Part shown: positions 1 through 8,879 of the stretch, one piece after another
How the letters are laid out: every line of letters begins with the position of its first letter
Numbering within the stretch: the first letter of the stretch is position 1
IMG/VR virus record: IMGVR_UViG_3300021964_000022
Coordinates: 1-64,000 of that record
Reading direction: 5' to 3' (one strand)
Length of the DNA stretch: 64,000 nt
Origin: a virus
Notes under the pieces: model-generated
Databases searched by the model: none
What the model saw: the letters and a program-made list of their open reading frames with translations, nothing else
Told to the model about the DNA's origin: nothing
Position numbers and translations under genes: made by a program

Positions 1-852
1 TGTAACCGAATCTTCGCCACTTGCATCACACCATGCTATCCATTCTCCATTGGGTGCTATAACTCCTGACTTTACCTGTACTTGGTCTACTGGCTGAGGT
101 GCTACTCGTGGACCATTACACATTACGCCTGACGCTTGATGCACTTGAGGTTGTTGCATGGGCATACTCAAACTACTGTTGCTTACAACTATGTACACTT
201 GGTTCTGTTTGGCCAGTGTGCGTAGCATAACATCATGATAGTCGTATACCAATTGATCAAAGTCTCCTGTAGGTACATTACAGTTTGCACTTACGAAAAA
301 TAGTTTTACTCCGTGCTTCACAGCTAGGTCACTGATGAAATATGGATTGCCTCCTGGACTTACCATAGGAGTTGCCCAAGCATCATTACATATCAACGAG
401 CTGGCTACTACTGTGTTATCCTTGTCAGCATAGAACAGTGTGGGTTCAAATCCCTGTAGGTAATGTAATAGTTCGCCGCCACCTCCGGGTCTACGTGTTA
501 GTAATCTTTTTTGGTATGTACCAATTAGGTCGCCACTGTTAGCATATATCCTAGTTTGGTTATACGGAAAGCCATCTTGCTCTCTCCATCCTGTGCCTAG
601 TACTACTCCGGTACGTTGTGAAGCTGAAAAGTCTTCTAGTTGCTCTAAACAATCTCTAAGATTTTCTTCTTCATCTAAATCTTTTGATGCAAGTGTTGGA
701 GGCATGAAATAGCCACTCAATGCACATTCAGGAGTTAGTATCCACTCACTGTCTATGTTGGTAAGCATATGACGTTTGATTGTTTTCCAATTAGCCTTTA
801 CATCATCTGTTACAGGCATTTGTAAACTAGTAACCTTTATTGTAGTCGCCAT
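1..852 (-). CDS. Carbon-nitrogen hydrolase (nitrilase/amidase superfamily), 3' end runs off the window
   Basis: Not in the ORF track (no stop in window). Hand translation from ATG at 852 with AGGAG RBS: MATTIKVTSLQMPV...ILTPECALSGY...YQKRLL...LICNDAW, matching the Glu-Lys-Cys triad motifs of CN hydrolases. Confidence 0.85.
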   Translation of the reverse strand, partial: MATTIKVTSLQMPVTDDVKANWKTIKRHMLTNIDSEWILTPECALSGYFMPPTLASKDLDEEENLRDCLEQLEDFSASQRTGVVLGTGWREQDGFPYNQTRIYANSGDLIGTYQKRLLTRRPGGGGELLHYLQGFEPTLFYADKDNTVVASSLICNDAWATPMVSPGGNPYFISDLAVKHGVKLFFVSANCNVPTGDFDQLVYDYHDVMLRTLAKQNQVYIVVSNSSLSMPMQQPQVHQASGVMCNGPRVAPQPVDQVQVKSGVIAPNGEWIAWCDASGEDSVT

Positions 853-863
853 TGTGTCTCCTA

Positions 864-1559
864 TTAATTAAATTTCTTTTTAGAATGAAACATTCTTTTA
901 TACATGTTATGAAGATAAAATTTTAGTCCACTGTCTTCGCCCATGTTCTGATTAACTTTTACTTCCATATCCCAGTCATCTCTTTTGAAAGGTATAACTT
1001 GCAACAAAGGTTGTCCTGGTGCAATAGTTACCTCGGGTGCTAACACTACTCCGGGTAGGTTAAGATAGTTAGCATCATAAGTGTCAGTGTCTATTATTGA
1101 CGGTAGCATACTAAATCCTTGATCAAAATTATAGTAAGGTTGCATTAATAAACAACTATAACCTGCTGGAGTTTCGATCTTCCAAGGCAGTTCAATCTTA
1201 AAATAGTTTTTCTTCTTGCCGTCAATCTCTACAGGACACTGTTCGTGATGATGCCCGTTGTTTGGATCCATACCAGATCTGTGTGAGATGTTTCTATTGT
1301 ATGCTTCGTATCCTTCTTCATCCTTAAAGGTACTAAGTTCTTGTTCGTATGCGTTGGGTATAATATAACCTGCACTGATCATATCAAGCACTGGCATACA
1401 TTTTTTGATAGTCGGAAGTCCTTCATAACCCACAGGACAATTTCCCATTGTACGATTAGATTCAATATTTTTAAACCATTCGGGTACTGCTTTTTTTGCA
1501 GGCACTATAGGAAAGTGTTGTTCAACTAACGGATCGCTACAAGTAAATTTTATTTTCAT
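864..1559 (-). CDS. Conserved hypothetical protein of aquatic phages (possible dUTPase-like beta fold)
   Basis: 231 aa; motifs PEWFK, TIKKCMPVLD..SAGYIIP, PWKIETPAGYSCL, GQPLLQVIPFKR recur in marine T4-like phages. Confidence 0.55.
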   Translation of the reverse strand: MKIKFTCSDPLVEQHFPIVPAKKAVPEWFKNIESNRTMGNCPVGYEGLPTIKKCMPVLDMISAGYIIPNAYEQELSTFKDEEGYEAYNRNISHRSGMDPNNGHHHEQCPVEIDGKKKNYFKIELPWKIETPAGYSCLLMQPYYNFDQGFSMLPSIIDTDTYDANYLNLPGVVLAPEVTIAPGQPLLQVIPFKRDDWDMEVKVNQNMGEDSGLKFYLHNMYKRMFHSKKKFN

Positions 1560-1726
1560 TCGTCTTCTTTTATACCCTGTATTTGTTTAAGTCTATCTTC
1601 TAGCCATCCTATAGCAGTGTGTATGTGTCCTGTATCGTGTTCTTGTAATTGACTCTTAGCGTATTCTATTTCAGAACGTATAACATCTGCTTTTACTAGA
1701 TCGTGTATTAGTGTTTTATGGCTCAT
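1556..1726 (-). CDS. Small hypothetical protein (56 aa)
   Basis: C-terminal part of track ORF 1556..1870; ATG at 1726 (MSHKTLIH) lies 5 nt after an ATAACTA late-promoter-like motif; 4-nt overlap with next gene. Confidence 0.55.
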   Translation of the reverse strand: MSHKTLIHDLVKADVIRSEIEYAKSQLQEHDTGHIHTAIGWLEDRLKQIQGIKEDE

Positions 1727-1802
1727 ATAATTAGTTATTTTTCCTGTATGTACAATGTGTTCTTTCTGAATATCATGCCGCTGTATGACGCTTATATTGC
1801 GT

Positions 1803-2066
1803 CTAAGACACCACTTTAACGTGCGGATACTGTAGTTGAAACAGTAGTCCTTCGTTACTATCCGGAACATCTACACTTACATCACATGTACAATACATGT
1901 CGCTGGGCAAGGTCAAACTATCAGTGTGGTTATAGTGTAATTTAAAACCTTCCTGATTGCATTGCTTGTACAGTTCGTCTCCTAGTTCTCTTCGGACCCA
2001 AAGCTCCTCCATACGTGTTCCTGCATGGCTCCATTTAAAATCTAATGACCCGATGTAATACCTCAA
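1803..2066 (-). CDS. Hypothetical protein
   Basis: 87-aa ORF abutting the upstream gene. Confidence 0.55.
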   Translation of the reverse strand: MRYYIGSLDFKWSHAGTRMEELWVRRELGDELYKQCNQEGFKLHYNHTDSLTLPSDMYCTCDVSVDVPDSNEGLLFQLQYPHVKVVS

Positions 2067-2522
2067 TTATTTGTACTCAAAATTTTGGCAATATTTGCCT
2101 TTACGGAAGAGGGTGGCTCCATTGCGTAGATGAAATTTTTCAGCCATATCAGTTAATGGTGATAGGGTCATGTAACGTACAATATCATCTCTGGTTTCTT
2201 TAATATGTTTTGCAACTTGGGTTACTATTTCTCTACCAGCACCCTTATCATAACTCCATACAGTATAGAACATAGCAGTGTCAGGGTCTTCAGTATTGTT
2301 GAGGTCTTGTTCTATAAGACCAACACCCTTAGTATAGGCTACACAGATTACAGCTCTGGGTCCTTCAAACATAACAGGGGCCTCTTCTGCATATTGGTCT
2401 TCGTATAACACATACACTTCACGTCCATTATTAATTCTCCAATCAGCCGGTAGGTTAGGACGGACAGGGTCGTCTTTTGCTAAAGGGTATACTTGTTCAA
2501 TAGTTTCTAGCTTCGATATCAA
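2067..2522 (-). CDS. GNAT-fold protein resembling the malonyl-CoA decarboxylase catalytic domain
   Basis: TAMFYTVWS..KGAGREIV...RYMTLSP..AEKFHLRNGA; TTG start with AAGGAG RBS. Confidence 0.5.
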   Translation of the reverse strand: MISKLETIEQVYPLAKDDPVRPNLPADWRINNGREVYVLYEDQYAEEAPVMFEGPRAVICVAYTKGVGLIEQDLNNTEDPDTAMFYTVWSYDKGAGREIVTQVAKHIKETRDDIVRYMTLSPLTDMAEKFHLRNGATLFRKGKYCQNFEYK

Positions 2523-2533
2523 ATGATTCTCCT

Positions 2534-3982
2534 TTATTCGTCACCAAGGTTATTAAGAAATTGCTTTAGCTTAGTTGAGTCTACTTCTGCTTTTATCTTT
2601 CCTATGCCGCCGCCTTCTTGTGGGTCGCTTATAGTATCTTCATTTGTGCCTGTGCCTGCACCTCTTTTAATTTTATCAAATACTGTGTTACTACGTTGCG
2701 ATGAATAATTATTATTCTCATTTTCGTCTTCGTCAATATTTCTAATGCGTAGTGTGTCTAAGTCAAACTCTAAATCAATCTTTTGTCCAACACCGCCACT
2801 GTTACGTGTCTTCATCAACTGTAACTGATAGCGTCCACGTTCACGCATTGCTCTACTTGTAAAGATACCAAACACGTTATCAGCAGTTTGAATCTTACTA
2901 AGTCCGCCACTGATGTGCGAGTGATCAAATTCAATTTCTTCGACAGCACCTCTGTTCAACTGTGCCGCAGTTACAAACACTGTGTTCAATTCCATTGCTA
3001 GGTTACGTAGCTCTTCACTTACGTACTTGTCTTTGATAAACAAGTTCTCTGCACTTACTTTTGTGCTTGCTGGCATCAATAGATCCAAGTAGTCAATTAG
3101 TAATACGTCTACTCGCTTGCCTGTTTTAATTTCATATTCTTTAATGTACGAACGTACATCGTTTGCTGTCTTACCACTAGGCATATACTTGACTTGGAAT
3201 GCACCAGACTTCTTGCCAATCATCTTAACTTTCATTTCAACGTCATCAATGTTCTTAAACACATCACGACTTGGAATGCCTGTTACCATACTGTCAACAC
3301 GCATACTAACTAGTGCTTCACTAAGTTCTAGTGTTAAGTAAATTACATTCAATCCTGCTTCGGCCATGTTAACGCCAATGTTAGCAAGGAACAAACTCTT
3401 ACCTGCACCCGAACCACCTGCAAAGATATTCAGCTCGCCTCTGTTGAATCCGCCAAATAGTTTCTTATCAATTGCTCCCCAACCTGTGCTTACTTGTCCG
3501 TTTGTACTCTTGATGCCTTCTAGTCTAGCTCTTGGATCAGCATAGTAGTCTGTACCCAAGTCCTTTTGCAGTCCAATCTGTACAGCCTTCTTTACTATGT
3601 CTTCGCATTGTCCGTACTCACCTTTTTCAAGTAAGTCAGCACTCTTAAGGATTGCGGCTTCTAGTGCTTTGTGTTTACTAAACGTTTCAAACTCTGCTAG
3701 TAGCCAATCATAGTGACTTTCATTTAGATCACCTGGATGTCTTAATACATTATCACCTTGTAGTTCGCTTGCGGCGTTGATCATATCAAGTGTAGGCAAT
3801 GTATTATGTTCTGTAACATAGTTGCTAAGAAACTCTGCCGCTGGCTTTAAGCGTCTATCAAAACTATTTGGATCAAACACAGCCTGACAACGTACAAAAC
3901 TTTCTGCGTCTTGTAGCATCATTTCTAGATATACTTTTTGTATTTCATATCCGTAGTCTGTATTTTGTCTAGTGTCGCTCAT
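2534..3982 (-). CDS. Replicative DNA helicase (DnaB / T4 gp41-like)
   Basis: Walker A GGSGAGKS, LTLELSE, Walker B LLIDYLDL, TAAQLNR, KTRN. Confidence 0.93.
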   Translation of the reverse strand: MSDTRQNTDYGYEIQKVYLEMMLQDAESFVRCQAVFDPNSFDRRLKPAAEFLSNYVTEHNTLPTLDMINAASELQGDNVLRHPGDLNESHYDWLLAEFETFSKHKALEAAILKSADLLEKGEYGQCEDIVKKAVQIGLQKDLGTDYYADPRARLEGIKSTNGQVSTGWGAIDKKLFGGFNRGELNIFAGGSGAGKSLFLANIGVNMAEAGLNVIYLTLELSEALVSMRVDSMVTGIPSRDVFKNIDDVEMKVKMIGKKSGAFQVKYMPSGKTANDVRSYIKEYEIKTGKRVDVLLIDYLDLLMPASTKVSAENLFIKDKYVSEELRNLAMELNTVFVTAAQLNRGAVEEIEFDHSHISGGLSKIQTADNVFGIFTSRAMRERGRYQLQLMKTRNSGGVGQKIDLEFDLDTLRIRNIDEDENENNNYSSQRSNTVFDKIKRGAGTGTNEDTISDPQEGGGIGKIKAEVDSTKLKQFLNNLGDE

Positions 3983-4609
3983 TTATTGCATTCGCCCTTG
4001 TATCATATCATATTTAAATTCAGTTAAGTCACCAGCAGAACCAAAGCCTCCTAAAGGCACACTGTTCAAACTCATGCTATATCTTTTTGCATCTGTATTT
4101 ACAGATACCTCATGCTCTAACCAGCTAGGAAAGAGTATCAATCCGTACTTCATAGGAGTAATGTGATATTGGTTATACGGAGCAATTTCAGTATTACGTT
4201 TTACCATTAAAAAGTCGTTGTCTTCTTTTGTAAATGTAATTGCAGTATCGTTATCATCAAAATAAAATACACCACTAATTAAACTGTTTGGGTGTTTGTG
4301 TGCAATATGCTTTTGTGAATTGTCTTTAATACTAACCCAACTTTGTGTTATTGCCATACCAGCAATATCATATCCTAAAACATTTATTGCATATTCATCT
4401 AAACAATCTATAATCCAATTACGTAGTGTTGACGTTTCTTCATTGTTTAATACATAACTACTTGAACTACGAAAGCCATAGTTGTCTGTAACTTCATCAG
4501 ATGTCTCTGCAAGAGGAAGTCCTTTTAGAAATGTAACATCTCTTTCGATATCTGAGTCACAGATATTCATGTATATGTTTATTGGAAATAATTGTTCTAC
4601 TCTACTCAT
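3983..4609 (-). CDS. Putative 2OG-Fe(II) oxygenase (TIGR02466-like)
   Basis: SWVS...HKHPNSLISGVFYF...LILFPSWLEHEV...RYSMSLN; start reassigned to ATG 4609. Confidence 0.8.
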   Translation of the reverse strand: MSRVEQLFPINIYMNICDSDIERDVTFLKGLPLAETSDEVTDNYGFRSSSSYVLNNEETSTLRNWIIDCLDEYAINVLGYDIAGMAITQSWVSIKDNSQKHIAHKHPNSLISGVFYFDDNDTAITFTKEDNDFLMVKRNTEIAPYNQYHITPMKYGLILFPSWLEHEVSVNTDAKRYSMSLNSVPLGGFGSAGDLTEFKYDMIQGRMQ

Positions 4610-4615
4610 CCTACT

Positions 4616-4645
4616 ATTATACTTTCTTATACCACTGTTTGTCAA
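4616..4645 (-). promoter_or_regulatory. Sigma70-type promoter TTGACA-N18-TATAAT, -10 six nt before the ATG at 4609
   Basis: Minus strand aacacTTGACAaacagtggtataagaaagTATAATagtaggATG. Confidence 0.65.
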
Positions 4646-5594
4646 GTGTTATTTTGGTTTTTGTTTTGGCTAAAACTGCTCCTACACAGCTTCCAGGATC
4701 ACCAGGATTTGGCGGAACATGTATAGTACGCCATTGATTACGTATCTTATCTACCGCATCTTTGTTAAGAGCACCACCTCCTGCTAGTGCTACATTACTT
4801 GCACCTGTTTGTACTTTAGCCCAAATGCTCAGTATGTTGACTGCATACTCAAAGATGGACTGTGTGGCCGCCGCCAAGTCATACATGTCTTGTTGCGTCT
4901 TTAGTTCAGGCCTCCACCACATACAACCTCTGTGTAAATTCTCACGCATCTTAATATGATGGGGGTACTTGCCATTATGATCAACGTCTATAATTTCTTG
5001 ACGCATAGTATGTGATAACCTTTTAGGGTTACCTTTCTTTGCCCACTGGCTAACAAGATATTCATCACGCTGTGGTACTAGCCCCATACGTTGTGTCATA
5101 GCACTATAGAAAAGTCCTAGGCTATGTGGATACCCTTGACTGTATAACTTTGTAAGTTTGTCGTTCTTACCGTGCCATACTGTTAGGGTCTCGAACTCTC
5201 CAATACTATCTAAACAGATTACTGCACAATCATCATAGGGTTGAGTGTAGTAGGCATATGCCGCATGTGATAAATGGTGTTGGGTGTATTCTATTTTGCA
5301 AGATATATTCCATTGCGAGAGATATGATCTAATATTGTTTTCTTTATACAACCACCCTTGTCCAGCTCGCCATTGTCTAAATGTTTTAAGCAACGGACGC
5401 TCGTACCAAACTACTTTATTAGGCCTAGGTAACTTTTCTGTAATTGTAACATGCTGTAGCATCTCCCAATTAAAGTCGGGGTCATGAGGGACATTCGAAA
5501 AGTCTTTTGATTGTCCTGCCCACAACAGTTCGTTGTTATCAAATACAGCAAGACTTGCATCGTGGCTGTTTCCAACCATTCCCCAGTATATCAT
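4617..5594 (-). CDS. Carbamoyltransferase (NodU/CmcH family), N-terminal Kae1-like domain only
   Basis: HDASLA, HHLSHAAYAYY, DSIGE, SLGLFYSAMTQRMG, LAGGGALN, PNPGDPGSCVGA; stops at 325 aa with no EFGPRALG C-terminal domain. Confidence 0.85.
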   Translation of the reverse strand: MIYWGMVGNSHDASLAVFDNNELLWAGQSKDFSNVPHDPDFNWEMLQHVTITEKLPRPNKVVWYERPLLKTFRQWRAGQGWLYKENNIRSYLSQWNISCKIEYTQHHLSHAAYAYYTQPYDDCAVICLDSIGEFETLTVWHGKNDKLTKLYSQGYPHSLGLFYSAMTQRMGLVPQRDEYLVSQWAKKGNPKRLSHTMRQEIIDVDHNGKYPHHIKMRENLHRGCMWWRPELKTQQDMYDLAAATQSIFEYAVNILSIWAKVQTGASNVALAGGGALNKDAVDKIRNQWRTIHVPPNPGDPGSCVGAVLAKTKTKITLDKQWYKKV

Positions 5595-5603
5595 ACGTTG
5601 CTC

Positions 5604-5726
5604 CTATTTGTAAATAAACGGATCTTGTTTTTTAAGTTCTTCAATACGCTTCTTTATTTTTTGTTTACGTTTGTATTCAGCAATAGGCCAAGTAACCCAT
5701 TCCCAAAGTTTTTTTAAATAAACCAT
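5604..5726 (-). CDS. 40-aa basic peptide ending DPFIYK, upstream of carbamoyltransferase
   Basis: Hand translation MVYLKKLWEWVTWPIAEYKRKQKIKKRIEELKKQDPFIYK*; fills the primase-carbamoyltransferase gap; its stop overlaps the AGGAG RBS of the next gene. Confidence 0.7.
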   Translation of the reverse strand: MVYLKKLWEWVTWPIAEYKRKQKIKKRIEELKKQDPFIYK

Positions 5727-6700
5727 TTCTTTTGCCTCAATTTTATTTTTAATGCAGATTCTTCTGCGCCATTTACTATACTGTAAAGTGTATATAGTCT
5801 ACCGTACTTATTCACAGCTTCACTGACATCTTTAATATCCTGACTCCACTCAGGCATGCTTACACTCCAGCCATGATCAATAGCTGTTTGAATAAGTTTC
5901 GATCCTGCTGTGTCTCTATCAGGAACAATAATTATTTGCTTCTGCAATTTTTTTAACAACATTGCTTGCTGATCGCTAACTTCACTTCCGCCTAATGCAC
6001 AGCCTTCGATGTGTATTGCATCAATCTGTCCTTCACATACAATCGTAAATGCTTTATTATAACTTTGTTCGTCTAGTCCATATACAAAGCCAGGCTGTAC
6101 TTCTGTAAGATATTTAGGTTTCTTATCTGCTTGTACACTACGTCCTGTCCAACCTACTACTCTGCCTTCATAGTAGAAAGGTATAATTAATCTATCTCTG
6201 TATGCAAGCTCAGGAGTCCAATAGTATTCAGTGTCGTCCATATAAAGATTACGTTCTTTCATGTATTCAAAAATCTTCATTAAATTTTTGTCAACATCGC
6301 CACCTGCCCATTCCTGTAACTTACGTGCAGACTCAGGTAACGGAACTGTTTCAAATGTAGGCAGTAATGCTTTATGTTGTTGTACTATAACGCCTTCATT
6401 TTCACGCATGACATCTAGTGCTACCTTATTGATTATATCGTCAGGTGTACTCATCCATTGAAGTAACTTACGCATCTTGTGTGAAAAAGGTCTACCAGGC
6501 TTCCAACTTGCTTTGAATCCACAATTGAAACAATGATAACTTACGCCATTGTCGTTTTGAATGACGCCGCCACGTTGCCTCTTATCTGGTGTGTGGCCGT
6601 TATGATGACAACATGGAGCGTTGAATGAAGTCCAACCACTAGGAGTTGTTTTCCTCTTAGCAGGCAAATATGTCAGAACTGTTTCTACGACTACACTCAT
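5714..6700 (-). CDS. DNA primase (Zn-ribbon + TOPRIM, gp61/DnaG-like)
   Basis: APCCHH...YHCFNCG Zn finger; RLIIPFY..GRVVGWTGR; KPKY; VCEGQIDA; PDRDTAG; KDVSE. Confidence 0.92.
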   Translation of the reverse strand: MSVVVETVLTYLPAKRKTTPSGWTSFNAPCCHHNGHTPDKRQRGGVIQNDNGVSYHCFNCGFKASWKPGRPFSHKMRKLLQWMSTPDDIINKVALDVMRENEGVIVQQHKALLPTFETVPLPESARKLQEWAGGDVDKNLMKIFEYMKERNLYMDDTEYYWTPELAYRDRLIIPFYYEGRVVGWTGRSVQADKKPKYLTEVQPGFVYGLDEQSYNKAFTIVCEGQIDAIHIEGCALGGSEVSDQQAMLLKKLQKQIIIVPDRDTAGSKLIQTAIDHGWSVSMPEWSQDIKDVSEAVNKYGRLYTLYSIVNGAEESALKIKLRQKKWFI

Positions 6701-6707
6701 ACTATGT

Positions 6708-6736
6708 ATTATAGTATCAATACGATTGTTTGTCAA
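6708..6736 (-). promoter_or_regulatory. Perfect sigma70 promoter TTGACA-N17-TATAAT immediately before the primase ATG
   Basis: Minus strand TTGACAaacaatcgtattgatacTATAATacatagtATG. Confidence 0.8.
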
Positions 6737-6739
6737 CCT

Positions 6740-7147
6740 TTATTGTGAATAATAGCCTTGTTTTTTTAAATCTAGTTTGGATTTTTGCATCTGATTAAAG
6801 TCATGCATTAGTATAAAATTGTATTCAGTACCATTAAGAGTTTGTGTTTCGTCCACAAACATATATTTGTCTTGATTATATAATTCAGTTATTTCATAAT
6901 GCATATCAGTATATTCATCTCTAGTAACAGGAAAGTCTAGCAAAAATATAGCAACGTCTACATTCCAATTGCTGGCAGTGAAATCAATAGCACCTAATAG
7001 TTGTGGATAGTTTGGACAATATTGAAAGTTAATTTTATTTTGTCGAAGTGCTGGACCTGCAAAAGGACATCTTGCTATACCATTATGCTCAGGTAGTTTT
7101 ACGCTGAGGTAATTATTGATCCAGTCTTTTATATCTTGTTTAAACAC
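6740..7147 (-). CDS. Hypothetical protein (RCPFA motif)
   Basis: 135-aa ORF filling the gap in a co-oriented run. Confidence 0.55.
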   Translation of the reverse strand: MFKQDIKDWINNYLSVKLPEHNGIARCPFAGPALRQNKINFQYCPNYPQLLGAIDFTASNWNVDVAIFLLDFPVTRDEYTDMHYEITELYNQDKYMFVDETQTLNGTEYNFILMHDFNQMQKSKLDLKKQGYYSQ

Positions 7148-7154
7148 AAGCTAT

Positions 7155-7934
7155 TTAATTACGGATCAATACTTTATCAACAGTTCCGGCTGTAGGTTCG
7201 TGTTTGATACGTATCCAACTAAACACACCATTGAAGTTTATATACTTTGGCTCTGTTGGATTTGCTATTGAAGTTGTACTAACATCAACCCAGTTTGTGT
7301 TACTGTCTACTAAATTTTCAAGTGTTGCTTGTATTGTAACATCACCTGTATATCCTGTAGTGTATATTGCTGTAGTGTGTAATGCTTCATTGCCGTTAAG
7401 TGCAGGTTCTGCTTGTACTGCTTCACTGGCAAATACGTCTGTGCTTATTTCAGTAAACTGACTTATTTTGTAAGGATCTTTTGGTCCGGGTAATGTACCT
7501 GTATCTAATTCAATAGTTCCTTTAGCACCGAATTGTGCATCAGCATATGTAACAACATTGTTGTTATTGTTATCTACAAGGTGTACAAAATATGTAAGAT
7601 ACTGCCCGTCAAGGTTAAGTGTATCGTTGTCTGTAATATTTACTGTAAATTGACCTTTGTAGTTTGGTGTTGCTGTTTCTTTAATTGTTCCAGTTTTACT
7701 TAATACTAAAGTATTTTCTTGATCAAATGCTTGAAACTTTGCTGTGTAAGTATTTAAAATACTTACTGGCTTTTGGTTATTATTTTTTATTTCAAAAGTA
7801 AGAACATTGTCTATACCTTTAATAATTTTTAATTGTCTATTGTACACTTTTCTATACTCCGTAAGAGTCCCTGTCCATTCATCTAAGACTAGGACTGTTT
7901 TATTTGTTGCTAAATACCTTGACGTTAGTTGCAT
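7155..7934 (-). CDS. Hypothetical beta-rich protein, possibly virion-associated
   Basis: 259 aa, Thr/Asn-rich; ATAAATA late-promoter motif 4 nt before ATG. Confidence 0.6.
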   Translation of the reverse strand: MQLTSRYLATNKTVLVLDEWTGTLTEYRKVYNRQLKIIKGIDNVLTFEIKNNNQKPVSILNTYTAKFQAFDQENTLVLSKTGTIKETATPNYKGQFTVNITDNDTLNLDGQYLTYFVHLVDNNNNNVVTYADAQFGAKGTIELDTGTLPGPKDPYKISQFTEISTDVFASEAVQAEPALNGNEALHTTAIYTTGYTGDVTIQATLENLVDSNTNWVDVSTTSIANPTEPKYINFNGVFSWIRIKHEPTAGTVDKVLIRN

Positions 7935-7954
7935 ATTATATTTATCGGAAACCT

Positions 7955-8323
7955 ATGCTAAGAAAAGAATTAGAAGACAATTATCCATTTTTAAGTGTGA
8001 TTACTTATGGCGGTGTAGAATACATTGGCATTATAAATAATCAAGACAGTAGTATTACGAGTATGTACGTTTACACAGAATTACGTAGTGACATTGAAAA
8101 GAAAAACTTTGTTAAGTGCGGAGAAGACTGGTGGTGGGAATCAAATAGAATGATACCTATCAGCATATTCTTAAAGAATGACATGAATCCATTTAAGTAT
8201 ACTTTACAAACTATGAATACAAAAGATGTAAAAGTAACACATGGACCAACTGTAGATTTAAGTAATTTAGCTATTAAAAGAGTAAAACGTAAGAGTATTC
8301 AACTAATACGCAAACCTAGATAG
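7955..8323 (+). CDS. Conserved hypothetical phage protein
   Basis: 122 aa from ATG 7955; YPFLS...EYIGII.N...WWWESNRMIPISIFL; basic C-terminus. Confidence 0.65.
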   Translation: MLRKELEDNYPFLSVITYGGVEYIGIINNQDSSITSMYVYTELRSDIEKKNFVKCGEDWWWESNRMIPISIFLKNDMNPFKYTLQTMNTKDVKVTHGPTVDLSNLAIKRVKRKSIQLIRKPR

Positions 8324-8879
8324 ATTGTAAATTTTCACACAATAAATTCATGTGTACAACACATGCCATTGCATACGAAACTGCGTGTGCTTTCTTAAAA
8401 AAGTACTCACCATTAGTTGGCTTTGTCCACACTTCTTTCATTATTGTTTCCCAACTTTCGTTCGCTAGATATCTTTTTGCCGGACGTATTATCGCTAGTG
8501 TTGCGGCTAATTGTTGTACCGAGTTGGGCTTCAATAGTTTTAATAGACTGCTGTGTCCGTTTAGATGAAAGACCTTTTCGCTGAAGTCTTCGTGTTCCAA
8601 TAGTTCCCATAATGGCTCCTTGTTCATTAGGTTGACTAAATGTGTCTCGTCTTTTACATCTTTGTATATAGACACATTAAGAAAATCTAATTTAAAATAT
8701 CCTCGTTCTTCTGCTGTCTTATAATCTATTGTACTTAGATTGTCTACAGGATTATGCGGACACTCTGTAACATATACACCAGTGTTATGTTTTTTACTTG
8801 TATCTAATTTTGCCACACGGTGTTGTATCTTATTTAAGATAATTTCTCTATCTGCAAAATCTATATCAATATCAGGCAT
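8316..8879 (-). CDS. Miniature / split DNA polymerase III alpha (DnaE, family C) catalytic core
   Basis: DnaE motifs in order: MPDIDIDF, KHNTGVYV, GYFKLDFL, VFHL, LKPNSVQQLAATLAIIRP, FKKAHAVSYA, in only 187 aa. Confidence 0.85.
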   Translation of the reverse strand: MPDIDIDFADREIILNKIQHRVAKLDTSKKHNTGVYVTECPHNPVDNLSTIDYKTAEERGYFKLDFLNVSIYKDVKDETHLVNLMNKEPLWELLEHEDFSEKVFHLNGHSSLLKLLKPNSVQQLAATLAIIRPAKRYLANESWETIMKEVWTKPTNGEYFFKKAHAVSYAMACVVHMNLLCENLQSI

